Assembly (NCBI GenBank): GCA_965208675.1
Contig: OZ242351.1
Location: 96,001 to 160,000 of the forward strand
Origin: Candidatus Poribacteria bacterium
Lineage (GTDB): Bacteria > Poribacteria > WGA-4E > PCPOR2b
Reading direction: 5' to 3'
Length of the DNA stretch: 64,000 nt
Shown here: positions 35,723-46,366 of the stretch, in pieces
Layout: every line of letters begins with the position of its first letter
Position numbering within the stretch: position 1 is the stretch's first letter
Made by a program: the position numbers and the translations under genes
Notes under the pieces: model-generated
Database searches by the model: none
What the model was told of the DNA's origin: nothing
What the model saw: the letters and a program-made list of their open reading frames with translations, nothing else

Positions 35723-37753
35723 TCATATTTCATTCAATGAAAAATCCTCCTTGCGGGGTGGATTTTGACTTTCCGGGAAATCGAAAAGATCGGCAATCTG
35801 CGCGATTTTTTCGGGATGCCCAAGCAGATATACTTCATCATCAACCTCTATCCGCATGTCTCCATGTGGATTCGGTAAAACTTGTCCGTTCCGGAGGATT
35901 GCAACGACCGATACCTGGTATGCCTTTCGTAAAGAAATTTCCTCAAGTGTTTTGTCAACAAAAGGGGATCTCTTATCAACGCGTAAAACTGAAATCTCAA
36001 AATCGGGAAGATGCACGTCCCGGTTGGGAAGGGACAACGAATCCTTCGATGGAGTGCGGAATATCTTATAACCATCGGCACGCACGTCGGCAATGAACCG
36101 TTCTATCTCATCGTGCGGCACGAGGTATTCCATCAATACCCGAGTGAATATCTCGACCGAAGTCTCAAACTCCTCCGGAATCACTTCGTTCGCACCGGCA
36201 TGATATAGCGGTTCTACCTCAGCTATATGGCGAGTTCTGACGATTATATGCGCCACGGGATTCAATGCACGGGCGGTTCCTACGATTCGGCGCGAGGACG
36301 CGTCGTCCGAAATTGCTACGACAACGACACGCGAGGACTTGATGTTTGCATGGTGTAGCACAGCATCGTGAACAGCATCACCGAAGAAAATGGGCTCGCC
36401 ATTTGTCCGGGCAGAACGCACAATTTCATTATTCATTTCAATAACGACATACGGTAGGTCTGCTGCCGCAGCCGCCTTTGCAACGTTTTTGCCGTTGATA
36501 CCGAAGCCGATAATTATGATATGGTTACTTTGCTCCGGATTGGGTTTCGAGTGGGTTTGCCTCAATCCTGACACCAGTCGTTTCGGAAGCCGCAATCGCA
36601 ATATCCCGTCGGCAACTCGCCCGGATACCGAGACGATAATCGGTGTTGCCGCCATTGTTATAACTGATACAGCTAGAAACAGTTCATAATTTGCTTCGCT
36701 GAGTAAACCGTGTTTTATACCCTCATTCGACAGGATAAATGCAAATTCTCCAACTTGACTAAGTGTGAGTCCCGCAAGGATTGCCGTGCGCAATGGATAT
36801 CCAATACTGGAGGTTACTGCGCCTGCGACGATGCTCTTTGCAACCAATACGCCGATTGTAAGGCCGGCAATCAAAAATGGCTTTTCGATTAGAACGTGAA
36901 AATCGAATAGCATTCCTACTGATACGAAGAAAAAACTGGTGAACACATCCCGAAACGGTGAAATATGACCCAGCGCGTCGTGGCTGGATTCCGATTCGGA
37001 GACAATCAGTCCTGCGAGAAATGCGCCAAGTGCCAATGAGACACCGAAAATTGACGTCACCCACGTGACAGCTAAGCATATGGCGAGAACGCTCAATAAA
37101 AAAACTTCGCGGCTCCGCGTCCGCAGCACCTGCGAAAGCATTAACGGGACAACGTATTTTGCTCCCACAATTACCACGACAACCATCACCGCGCCCTTTG
37201 CCAACAGCGAAATGAGCGCTTGGTTCACGTCACTCGCTTCGCCGGCAAGAACTGGAGTAATCAATATCATGGGTACAATTGCGATATCTTGGAAAATTAG
37301 GATTCCCAGTGCCGTACGTCCGTGAGGTGTTCGCGTTTCATCTCGCTCTTGTAGAAGTTTCATCACAATAACCGTACTGCTTACGGCCGAAAGGCATCCT
37401 ACGAATATCGCTTGGTTGGCAAGCATGCCAAATTGCCGAGCGATGATAAACGTTGTTAATAGCGTAAATCCAACCTGCAGCGGTCCGCCTATAAGTACGG
37501 TACGCTTGGCCTGAAGCAGATAACCCAACGAAAATTCAATCCCGATAGTGAACAACAGCAAGATGATTCCCACCTCCGCTAGAATCTCTACTTCACCATC
37601 GGCCTGAACCAGCGCCAAACCATGAGGTCCAGCTATCAGTCCCGTCAAAAGAAATCCGACAATCGCAGGCACATGGAGCCTATGGCAGATAAGCAAACAA
37701 CAAATAGATAAGACGAAAATGATGCAGATGTCGTAAAGCAAAGGAATTTCCAT
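35723..37753 (-). CDS. CPA2 cation/H+ antiporter (KefB/KefC-like) with TrkA-N and TrkA-C domains
   Basis: LLFTIGIEFS, LIFQDIA, SQVGEFAF, IIGFGING. Confidence 0.92.
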   Translation of the reverse strand: MEIPLLYDICIIFVLSICCLLICHRLHVPAIVGFLLTGLIAGPHGLALVQADGEVEILAEVGIILLLFTIGIEFSLGYLLQAKRTVLIGGPLQVGFTLLTTFIIARQFGMLANQAIFVGCLSAVSSTVIVMKLLQERDETRTPHGRTALGILIFQDIAIVPMILITPVLAGEASDVNQALISLLAKGAVMVVVVIVGAKYVVPLMLSQVLRTRSREVFLLSVLAICLAVTWVTSIFGVSLALGAFLAGLIVSESESSHDALGHISPFRDVFTSFFFVSVGMLFDFHVLIEKPFLIAGLTIGVLVAKSIVAGAVTSSIGYPLRTAILAGLTLSQVGEFAFILSNEGIKHGLLSEANYELFLAVSVITMAATPIIVSVSGRVADGILRLRLPKRLVSGLRQTHSKPNPEQSNHIIIIGFGINGKNVAKAAAAADLPYVVIEMNNEIVRSARTNGEPIFFGDAVHDAVLHHANIKSSRVVVVAISDDASSRRIVGTARALNPVAHIIVRTRHIAEVEPLYHAGANEVIPEEFETSVEIFTRVLMEYLVPHDEIERFIADVRADGYKIFRTPSKDSLSLPNRDVHLPDFEISVLRVDKRSPFVDKTLEEISLRKAYQVSVVAILRNGQVLPNPHGDMRIEVDDEVYLLGHPEKIAQIADLFDFPESQNPPRKEDFSLNEI

Positions 37754-38155
37754 AATTAATCCATGCTTTAATAAATGGTGACAACAAAGATTGGTTCAAT
37801 TAAATTCGTCGTAGGGGAACCCTTCATTCAAATCACCGATCAAACTCTCCCGCCAAAAGCACTACCTGCGAAAGTTCTATCCAAATTTTTGCGCGCTGCA
37901 TTCTTCTAATGCCGGATACATGTTTGAATCGGGGTAATCATTCCAGAATCTACTGATAGCAGCAAACCGCGATTTGCGGTGAAAAGGCAGGAAGTCGTTC
38001 GGGTTGATAGTTGAGACAATGCTTACTTGAGGTAAATTACTAATTCACACTTCTTCGAGCCGCATCGACTGTAATCATATCAATGATGCGTGAACAACTA
38101 AATTGACAATATTCCCCGCTTTACATGCTCGCATTGGCAAATTGCTTGCATCGTG

Positions 38156-38584
38156 TTAATTCGGTTGCACAAACTCGATGAGGATACCGTCAGGGGCTTT
38201 TGCGCAAGCAACGCCCACAGCATCCGGTGCGTCGACAGGATCAGCCACAAACTCTACTCCTTTCCGTTTGAGTTTTTTGACGGTTCCCTCAATATCGTCG
38301 ACGAGAATTGTTAGCCAACCTAAACCGGCACCAAAACTGTGTTCGGGAGGCGATGGCGGCATTTCAATATCCATCAGTTTAATCAGTGTGTTACCAGCCT
38401 GCACTCGGACTTGATGAAATCCACGCGGCGCAAGACCGACTTTTTGCGCCAACGGCGCGGAAATGTCGAGTTCCATTACAATCTCCAAGCCTAGCAACTC
38501 GTGGTAGAATCGAAGCGATTCCTCGAAATTACTGCAGGTGATGGCAATATCAACGGTTGGACGTTTCAGTTTGAGTATGGACAT
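38156..38584 (-). CDS. VOC/glyoxalase family protein
   Basis: DIAITCSNFEESLRFY, APDGILIEFVQ; GGAGG RBS. Confidence 0.88.
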   Translation of the reverse strand: MSILKLKRPTVDIAITCSNFEESLRFYHELLGLEIVMELDISAPLAQKVGLAPRGFHQVRVQAGNTLIKLMDIEMPPSPPEHSFGAGLGWLTILVDDIEGTVKKLKRKGVEFVADPVDAPDAVGVACAKAPDGILIEFVQPN

Positions 38585-38747
38585 AAAAACCTCCGTTTTT
38601 TTTTTGGATTTCAAGATTGGAATGCGAATATCGCTCAAAAATCACCCGATCGAAATGGCACCGACTACCGCGCGGGTGTCCGTCAGGTAGGAAAACTCGG
38701 CGGGATTGGTGTAGCCCTTCCAAAGGCTATCCGCTTCTGAAGGGCTT

Positions 38748-39806
38748 CTAATCATGACAGTGTCCATAGTGATAGTGCAGGCGGAGTAGATCCAAACCGA
38801 AATCATCCTCCAAATGGCGCCAGACCGAATGGATATGATTCGCGTCGTTTTGCGTATTGTCATATTCCACAAAAAATGACGGTCCGTGAATCCGATAGTA
38901 ATGCGCTGCGCCGCGTTCCAATCTGCCTGCCCAGGCGAAGTGAATGTCGTTTAATCCGTCATGACGCAACTTTTGTGTTTCAATTGCAGCCAGTGAATCT
39001 GGAAGCCGATCGATGTACGTTCGTACGAGATTCATCAATGAGCCGCGCTGGTCGGAAGTCATCAAATCCGCTGCCAACCCTTCAGCAGCCTCAAACTCTA
39101 ATTTCGGGGCAGCCTTCGTGATAATGTCTCTGGGCGCTATCGTCGTGATAACGGTTTTCTTTTTTTGTTCACCGTTCAGACTGTCCAAAAGAAGACGCGC
39201 AAAATCTTCCTCCGTCGATAAGATGCGCAAACCCGTCTTGGGTCCGAATCTCACCTGTGCGGGGTTGGATCCGAAGAAGAAAGGTGTCGGTGCGATTAAC
39301 GCTCGGTTCACGATTGTATAATTAACCGAGATATGATGCCCTTCCGTGCGCCAGCCCCATGGCTTTGTGTTTGTGGGATCGCCGAACACGCTGAAATAAT
39401 AGAGATTCGGTATTCGGGCAAACCGAGCCGTACCGTCCATGCGCTCCAGGTCGCCTAGGGTGGATTCCAAGTCTATAATTGCCCTAGCCTTTTCGTACCC
39501 CTTTTGACTTAATCCGCAACTGAGCAACCCAAGTGCCGCTGCCTGCTGCCTTTCATTCATCTCTTTCAGCGGTAAACCCTTGCGTTCAAAATTCTCCCGC
39601 GGAAAGTAATGCCAACGGCGGCGCTCATCCACGTCGAATGCAAACTCTGCCTTTTGTCTCAAATTCGGCGTCAGTGAATCTAAGAATTGTACGCAGAATG
39701 ACGCCATCTTATCTGCGACTTCTGACGCGGAAATCAGCGATGGAACGGTCGGTATGCGCGTATTTTCTTGTGTATGCGTGTGTTCTGCCATGCTGTAAAT
39801 CTCCAA
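38748..39806 (-). CDS. DUF3500-like protein
   Basis: WGWRTEGHHISVN, YYRIHGP, EYDNTQNDANHIHSVWR. Confidence 0.82.
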   Translation of the reverse strand: MEIYSMAEHTHTQENTRIPTVPSLISASEVADKMASFCVQFLDSLTPNLRQKAEFAFDVDERRRWHYFPRENFERKGLPLKEMNERQQAAALGLLSCGLSQKGYEKARAIIDLESTLGDLERMDGTARFARIPNLYYFSVFGDPTNTKPWGWRTEGHHISVNYTIVNRALIAPTPFFFGSNPAQVRFGPKTGLRILSTEEDFARLLLDSLNGEQKKKTVITTIAPRDIITKAAPKLEFEAAEGLAADLMTSDQRGSLMNLVRTYIDRLPDSLAAIETQKLRHDGLNDIHFAWAGRLERGAAHYYRIHGPSFFVEYDNTQNDANHIHSVWRHLEDDFGLDLLRLHYHYGHCHD

Positions 39807-39988
39807 TTAAACGCTAATGACAATACCGCGTGAATACACGATCGCCGTAATTCTCAAAATTATGCGGCAATTGCACACACAACAGTGTCTCTTAAATGTC
39901 AAATCTTCTTATTTCACGATTTAAAAACTGACGCAAATTTGATTCAGATTAGACAGGTTATATGAATACCTTCAAATCCGTGGGCTTC

Positions 39989-40999
39989 CTAATCGTTCTT
40001 GGATGATTTTTGCCGATCACAATCATGCTCAATCTGATTTACTGGATAACGGGGACGCTCACCGCTCAATACCCGCACCACCTCTTCCGCGGACCAGGCG
40101 CGCATATCTCGGCCTGAAGCTTCCGAGTACCAACCAATATGCGGCGTAATCATAATTCTCTCGTCGCGCAAAAGTGGGTCATCAAGCGGCGGTGGTTCGG
40201 CCAACAATGCGTCGAGTGCGGCACCTGCAATTTGCCCAACTTCAACCGCACGCAGCAGCGCATTTTCATCAACTAGGCCGCCCCTTGCAGTGTTAATTAG
40301 GAACGCTGACGGCTTCATGAGCGACAACGCTTTCGCATCAATGATGTGGTGAGTGGCGTTTGACAGAGGCATATGCAGCGTCAAAAAGTCGGAGGTGCGA
40401 AGAATTGTTTCAAAATCAACTGACCGCACGCCCATCTCCCGCATTGATGTTGCATCAACGAAAGGGTCGTGGGCGGTAACCGAAAGGCCCAACCCAATCC
40501 CTTTTTTCGCAACTGCGCGGCCGATTCTGCCAAACCCCAAGACACCCAATTTCTGGTCTGCGAGCCGCTCAAGCGGCCGAACTAACATCGAATCCCATAT
40601 TCCTTGGCGGGTCATTTCGACCAGACGCGGGATTCGTCTGACATAAGCCAGCAGCAGTGCAATGGCGTGCGTAGATACCTCGTCCACTGAGTAATCAGGT
40701 ACGTTCGTCACCCAGATGCCGTATTTGGTCGCGGCTCCCACATCAATGTTGTCAACGCCTGTACCCGCGCGGCTCACGATTCGACACCGGCGCAGACGAC
40801 TCAACAATTCGCCGGATACCATTTGTCTTGCGACGATTAAAGCATCAGCCTCGATAGCGGCTTCAATCGCTTCTGGTGTGGTGAGGTTTCGCAGGTATAA
40901 TACGGTTGCTCCAATAGCGCTAAGTACGCTCTCTTCAACGGTCGCATCGGTAAATTCGTCGTGGGCAACTACGACGATTGGTTTCATGGCATACCTCAT
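39989..40999 (-). CDS. D-2-hydroxyacid dehydrogenase (CtBP-like)
   Basis: GTGVDNID, GFGRIG, NTARG, TPHIGWYS. Confidence 0.92.
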   Translation of the reverse strand: MRYAMKPIVVVAHDEFTDATVEESVLSAIGATVLYLRNLTTPEAIEAAIEADALIVARQMVSGELLSRLRRCRIVSRAGTGVDNIDVGAATKYGIWVTNVPDYSVDEVSTHAIALLLAYVRRIPRLVEMTRQGIWDSMLVRPLERLADQKLGVLGFGRIGRAVAKKGIGLGLSVTAHDPFVDATSMREMGVRSVDFETILRTSDFLTLHMPLSNATHHIIDAKALSLMKPSAFLINTARGGLVDENALLRAVEVGQIAGAALDALLAEPPPLDDPLLRDERIMITPHIGWYSEASGRDMRAWSAEEVVRVLSGERPRYPVNQIEHDCDRQKSSKND

Positions 41000-41038
41000 G
41001 TATGGGAATCAAGTGGAGTAACATCAAAAGGAACAAAA

Positions 41039-42010
41039 TTACGCCGCTTCTGCATTCAATATTTCAAGGAAAGCCGTCATGTAACCAATCGTATACGCCC
41101 GTCCTCGATGGTCCCACGGTGTATCATCGACGACATGCGGGACGTGATCGGGAATCATGAAACCGTTAAATCCGACTGACTTCAAAGTCTTCATGACTGC
41201 AAACATATCGCAGTTGCCTTCATTGACGAACGCTTCGGCAAATTTCGGCACATGACCTTGGACATCGCGGAAGTGTACGTAAAATATTTTACCTCGCTCG
41301 CCAAAATATCGTATCGCATCGATTACTCCAGGGCCCATCTCCGACCATGAACCGACGCAGAAATCCAAGCCGTGTATTTGACTGTCCCCAATTTCCATCC
41401 CTCTCTTGAATCCCTCAAAGTTACGGAAAAGACGCGGCACGCCGGCCAACGATTCCACCGGCGGATCGTCCGGATGAAGCGCAAGTTTCACGCCAACCTC
41501 TTCGGCAACCGGGAGAATCGCCTTCATGTAGTATTCATAGTTATCCCACATTTCTTTTTCACTGAAGACCCGTCCGTGAGAAAGTGGCGCGTCTTTGACA
41601 AGCGCTAAATCGAAGCTTGTGACGGTTGCACCGCCCCGACTAGGCGTTTTACTGGAAGTGCGCCACACACTATTCGGCATCCAATGGTAACCGAATGTCT
41701 CTACGCCTGCCCTTCCCATATTGCGGATGGTAATCGCCATGTTCTCAATTTGTTCGTCCCGGCCAGGCAAACCGAGCATAATCTTGTCGTAGAATTGAAT
41801 CGGAACATTTTCAAGCGCACCTAACCGTAAACCGGCATTTTCAATCTGGGTGCGTAGGTGCAGCACATCCTCAAATTCCCAGCGCGTGTCACCGGGCAAC
41901 GCTGGGGTATTGAGAAGTACATCATCAACGCCAAGTTGCTTGATAAACTTGAGCCGTTCTTCGCTTAACTGGTTGAATTGGCCCAAACCGAGCCGCATTT
42001 GACGTTCCAT
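41039..42010 (-). CDS. uxuA: Mannonate dehydratase
   Basis: LALHPDDPP, VHFRDV, PDHVP. Confidence 0.88.
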   Translation of the reverse strand: MERQMRLGLGQFNQLSEERLKFIKQLGVDDVLLNTPALPGDTRWEFEDVLHLRTQIENAGLRLGALENVPIQFYDKIMLGLPGRDEQIENMAITIRNMGRAGVETFGYHWMPNSVWRTSSKTPSRGGATVTSFDLALVKDAPLSHGRVFSEKEMWDNYEYYMKAILPVAEEVGVKLALHPDDPPVESLAGVPRLFRNFEGFKRGMEIGDSQIHGLDFCVGSWSEMGPGVIDAIRYFGERGKIFYVHFRDVQGHVPKFAEAFVNEGNCDMFAVMKTLKSVGFNGFMIPDHVPHVVDDTPWDHRGRAYTIGYMTAFLEILNAEAA

Positions 42011-42023
42011 AGCTCATCCTTAC

Positions 42024-42323
42024 TTAATGAAATGTTGCCACCTGAATTAGATTATTGCTAGAAATTGAACCTTCCTCATAGCAAGAATACCATTCGTTAG
42101 CATTTGGGATATTCACCATGTCCGCTTCCGCCTTCTTAGCATCGTCCTTTGATTTCCAATAAACGATGTCGGTATAGCCTCCATCGGTGTTTTTGTGAAT
42201 CTCCCATTTGATAAAACCCGATTGTTTACTCATCCAATTTTTGGCGATATCATTTGCGACATTTAATAATTTCTCTTCAGAAATATTCTCTGCTAACTTG
42301 TAACTAATCACATCCTTGTACAT
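42024..42323 (-). CDS. Small AT-rich gene, ABM-like dimeric alpha/beta barrel
   Basis: QSGFIKWEI...YTDIVYWKSKDDAKKA pattern; AAGGA RBS before ATG 42323. Confidence 0.65.
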   Translation of the reverse strand: MYKDVISYKLAENISEEKLLNVANDIAKNWMSKQSGFIKWEIHKNTDGGYTDIVYWKSKDDAKKAEADMVNIPNANEWYSCYEEGSISSNNLIQVATFH

Positions 42324-42388
42324 AACCAACATCCTTAGGAAATTCCGACAAACCACCGATTAAACTTGAGTGCTCATTCGATGATGCA

Positions 42389-42838
42389 TTAGAATAGCTT
42401 AGTGCTGTCGAGCATTATTGTAACTGGACCATCGTTAATCAACTCGACATCCATCATCGCTTGGAAAATACCCGCTTTGACCGGCACATTCATACGCGTG
42501 ACGGTTTCTATGAATTCTTGATAGAGTGCGTTTCCTTTTTCTGGGTTCGCCGCCGCAATGAAGCTTGGACGCCTGCCTTTCCGGCAATCGCCATAGAGTG
42601 TAAATTGAGAAACAACAAGGAGTTCACCGCCGCTCTCAAGAAGTGATTCATTCATGCGGCCCGTTTTGTCTTCAAAAATTCGGAGATTGGCAATTTTATT
42701 TGCCAGATAAATTACATCGTTGGAGGTGTCATCCTGCCCAACGCCGAGGAAAACAAGCAAACCCTGACAAATCTCAGAAATGCACTCTCCCCCCACCTTT
42801 ACATTTGCAGATTTTACCCGTTGAACAACAGCTCTCAT
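42389..42838 (-). CDS. dtd: D-aminoacyl-tRNA deacylase
   Basis: MRAVVQRV, SQFTL, NDGPVT. Confidence 0.97.
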   Translation of the reverse strand: MRAVVQRVKSANVKVGGECISEICQGLLVFLGVGQDDTSNDVIYLANKIANLRIFEDKTGRMNESLLESGGELLVVSQFTLYGDCRKGRRPSFIAAANPEKGNALYQEFIETVTRMNVPVKAGIFQAMMDVELINDGPVTIMLDSTKLF

Positions 42839-42977
42839 CGTTAACCGAAATTGTTGATAATCATTCAGATTTCCTCATCTTCGTGCGCATTATTCTAGCA
42901 CCGTTGATATAATTGTGCAAGCGAAACAAGCATGCGCACGGCATGGTCGCCGATCGCATGAATTAGGTGTTCAACGG

Positions 42978-44228
42978 TTAATTGCCGTGATTCGCGGAAT
43001 CTATGATTTGCCCGCAACGGACGGCTTCGTTATAAACCTCTTGAAGCGGAATGTGATACTGCTCCGCGAGGCGTTTACAATCTTCGTATTCGGGTATACT
43101 TTTGAGTAGCTTGTCTCCCAAATACCCGTGTTTCACTCGAATGATACCCCATCGCGTCTTGACTTTGGTGAAATTGCGGGACAGTTTATATCTTTGAACG
43201 GTCGAACATCTGACGCCAAATGTTGTTGTTTCCGTGAGTAGCGATTCCATCATCGCCTCCCGGAGCGTGACATTTGCGAGCACACTCAGTTTCGTCGCCG
43301 GCCGCCCTTTCTTCATGAAGATTGGTGTCAGGAAAACGTCAAGCGCCCCTTGATTAAAAAGTTTCTCCGTGACGTAGGCCGTAATCTCCGGCGAAACGTC
43401 ATCAAGGTTCGTTTCGATGAGACAGACTTGATCGTGCTCGAAGCCGCTCCTCTTTTCACCGGTAACCATACGTAGGAGGTTCGGTTGTTCCTCAAGGTCG
43501 CGCGTTCCTGCACCGTACCCGATTCGACCTATAACCATTTCTGGCATAGGTCCAAATCCACTTCCGAGCGTTGTTACGATTGCTGCGCCCGTGGGTGTTA
43601 CGAGCTCCTGCCGGATTTCGGTGTGACGTACCGGGACGCCCTGCAGCAGTTCTAGCGTCCCCGGCGCCGGGACGGGCATCAGCCCATGATCACAGCGGAC
43701 AAACCCGCTTCCCAGCGATAATGGAGATGCATAAATCTCCTCAATTCCCAGAAGGTGAAGTCCAATCACGACGCCGGTGATGTCTACTATTGAATCAACA
43801 CCGCTCACCTCGTGCAGGCGAACCCTTTCTTTTGGCGTATTGTGGATTTTTGCCTCTGCTTCTGCGAGCCGATCGAAAATCCGTTTCGCACGCGAAACTA
43901 GTGATTTCCCAAGAGTGCTGTTGTCAAGGATAGCTAGAACGTCTGAAAGGCATCGACTCGGCTGATGGGTGTGTGCTTGGTGATGGGCGCCGCCATGAGG
44001 ATTCTTGGAACATGTTGCCGCTGATTTTAATTCGGTTGTTTCCACGATGGCTCGTGTCCCGGTAATGCCATGTTTAGTCGACTTTTCGAAATGCAAGGCG
44101 AATTCGTCAATTTTTAATTTAGCCAACTCCGCCTTCAGTGCGTCTGGGTGGACGCCCGCATCAACCAACGCACCTAGCGCCATATCACCGCTGATGCCCG
44201 AGAAGCAATCAAAATATGCGATTTTCAA
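42978..44228 (-). CDS. larC: Nickel-pincer cofactor biosynthesis protein LarC
   Basis: YFDCFSGISGDM, His-rich loop, HEVSGVDSIVD, VTPTGAA, ETNLDD, PEYED. Confidence 0.94.
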   Translation of the reverse strand: MKIAYFDCFSGISGDMALGALVDAGVHPDALKAELAKLKIDEFALHFEKSTKHGITGTRAIVETTELKSAATCSKNPHGGAHHQAHTHQPSRCLSDVLAILDNSTLGKSLVSRAKRIFDRLAEAEAKIHNTPKERVRLHEVSGVDSIVDITGVVIGLHLLGIEEIYASPLSLGSGFVRCDHGLMPVPAPGTLELLQGVPVRHTEIRQELVTPTGAAIVTTLGSGFGPMPEMVIGRIGYGAGTRDLEEQPNLLRMVTGEKRSGFEHDQVCLIETNLDDVSPEITAYVTEKLFNQGALDVFLTPIFMKKGRPATKLSVLANVTLREAMMESLLTETTTFGVRCSTVQRYKLSRNFTKVKTRWGIIRVKHGYLGDKLLKSIPEYEDCKRLAEQYHIPLQEVYNEAVRCGQIIDSANHGN

Positions 44229-44679
44229 TTGATTCTCCTTTCGGTTTGTTTCCTTCCAATGAGTAATGTACCATCAATACGTAGGAAGATTTTCATTCTC
44301 GCTTTCCGCCGGTCAGGTTCTTGGCGTTCGCATGTTGCCGTCTGGCACGCTAGGAGCGCGGTACTCCTAATATACTGGTAGTGGGGCGGTGAATCAAATT
44401 GGACTACAACCAAGAAAAAAAACAGCGCAATGGAACTAGTTCGCTTCAATCTGGTAAATTTTATAATGGATTACGTTCCGTCTCCTACAGCGGGACCATC
44501 TCTATTGTACCAGATTCATTATACTGCTTCAACACGAATGAAAGTGACACATTGCATTGAGCGATGTATTATCTATTCGAAAACGAGGAAGCCTCAATAA
44601 TACCGTGATTCATGTTTTAGCAGGTAAAATTATCGCGCATCTGCTATAATTACGATAGTTCAATTCCCGGAGGAGAGTT

Positions 44680-45000
44680 ATGCAAACTTATGCTGTCATC
44701 TTCACCTTTGTGCCGAATGCTATGGAACGGCGAAAACCCTATCGTGAGGCGCATCTGAAACACTTTAATGAACTTAGAGACGCTGGCAAAATTATTATGG
44801 CCGGTCCGTGGGCGGACACATATGATGGAGGACTTATTTTATTCCGGGCGGAATCTCAGACGGAAGTAGAGGCGATAATTCAGGACGACCCCTACTATCA
44901 AGCTGATCTTTGGCCTGAGATACATATTCGTGAGTGGAACGTGGTTTTATCGTCGCAATCGGCGTTTTTGGATGCAATAGCCCTGCCTTATCAGGTATGA
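44680..45000 (+). CDS. YciI family protein
   Basis: RKPYREAH, AGP, DDPYY; GGAGG RBS. Confidence 0.88.
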   Translation: MQTYAVIFTFVPNAMERRKPYREAHLKHFNELRDAGKIIMAGPWADTYDGGLILFRAESQTEVEAIIQDDPYYQADLWPEIHIREWNVVLSSQSAFLDAIALPYQV

Positions 45001-45064
45001 ACATCTACGCTACGCAGGCAAAGCATAAGAGCAGGCGAAAATTGAACATTTTCAGAGAGTAGGC

Positions 45065-46108
45065 ATGAAAGCAGTTGTATTTCACGCACGTAACCAGCCC
45101 CTGCTATTGGAAGAAATAGAGTCGACTATTCCTGGACCTGATGAGGTGCTTGTGCAGGTTATGGCGTGCGGTGCTGACATAACAGACTGGAAGATACTTG
45201 ATGGGTTTGCTTACATACCGAAACTGCCAATTGTGCTTGGCCACGAGACAGCAGGAGTTGTGGCAGAAGTCGGAAGCGAGGTGACAGGTTTCAAGCCCGG
45301 TGACCGTGTTGCGGTCTACAACTATTTCTATTGCGGCAAATGTTCATATTGCCGTGCCCGCCGGGAGCAGCTCTGCTTGAACATGGCTGGGCTCTTAGGA
45401 ATACTAGAGCGAGACGGCGGTTACGCGGAGTACACCACGGTGCCCGCCCGGCAACTTGTCCGCGTTCCAGAAAACGTTGCGTGGCATGATGCTGCGGTGT
45501 GCTGTGATGCGGGCATCACTGCAGTTCATGCAGTTGATAGGAGCGGAGTGAAACTGGGCGAAACTGTACTTGTCATCGGCGTTGGGGGTGTGGGCGCAGT
45601 AGTAACGCAGCTCTGCAAGCTTGCAGGTGCTCGTGTCGTGACCGTTGATCAGTCCGAGTTGAAAGTGCAGCGCGGCCGCGAAATGGGCGCCGATATTGCG
45701 GTCAACTCGCGTGAGGTAGACATCACTGAAGCCGTCCTTGACCTCACAGCAGGAAAAGGCGCAGACTGTGTAATGGACGTTGTCGGGGTTAAGGAGACCG
45801 TAACCTACGGAATGGATTCACTGCGGCCCGGCGGGCGGTTCGTACTTGTCGGATATACCGAGGAACGATACCCGCTGAAAGGGGAACAGCTTGACCAAAA
45901 CGAACTGACCATTATTGGCACTCGGGGCGGCCGGATGCTAGACCTAATCACTACCGTTCAACTGGTAGCCGCGGGCAAGATAAAGTCCATCGTCGCCGAT
46001 TTTTTCCCCCTAGAAAAAGCCAACGACGCCCTTGCCTTCTTGCGGGCTGGACAGGCGCTGGGCAGAGTTGTGTTACTAACACCAGCCGGCAGAAAGGCGG
46101 TTCGATGA
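45065..46108 (+). CDS. Zinc-binding alcohol dehydrogenase (MDR)
   Basis: GHETAG, CGKCSYC...C, GVGGVG. Confidence 0.92.
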   Translation: MKAVVFHARNQPLLLEEIESTIPGPDEVLVQVMACGADITDWKILDGFAYIPKLPIVLGHETAGVVAEVGSEVTGFKPGDRVAVYNYFYCGKCSYCRARREQLCLNMAGLLGILERDGGYAEYTTVPARQLVRVPENVAWHDAAVCCDAGITAVHAVDRSGVKLGETVLVIGVGGVGAVVTQLCKLAGARVVTVDQSELKVQRGREMGADIAVNSREVDITEAVLDLTAGKGADCVMDVVGVKETVTYGMDSLRPGGRFVLVGYTEERYPLKGEQLDQNELTIIGTRGGRMLDLITTVQLVAAGKIKSIVADFFPLEKANDALAFLRAGQALGRVVLLTPAGRKAVR

Positions 46109-46366
46109 CGCTCTACCGTACCGCCAATGGCATAAGAATTGACGAATCGCTCGTAATTGAAAATTTCTACACTACTCATCCATGCGTTAAATTGCCTCTT
46201 TCGGCTGCCAATTCGTCAATCACCACCTCCATTTCTGTCAATGTACAGAATCTAAACTCACACACATAGATTATCACCAATTCTGTGTGTCAAATTCGAT
46301 CCTTTTCCCCTATCCTTTCGAAAGTAAGGTTCAATTTCAACGTCGTATAAAGGGAGATAACAAAAA

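Noticed and set aside
37754-38155. Possible c-di-AMP (ydaO) riboswitch upstream of the Kef-like antiporter
   Set aside because: Only a short CCCGAAC similarity; the conserved core motifs were not found.
42978-44228. larC without larB/larE/larA; possible programmed frameshift
   Set aside because: The ORF is continuous and full length; scattered lar genes are common.
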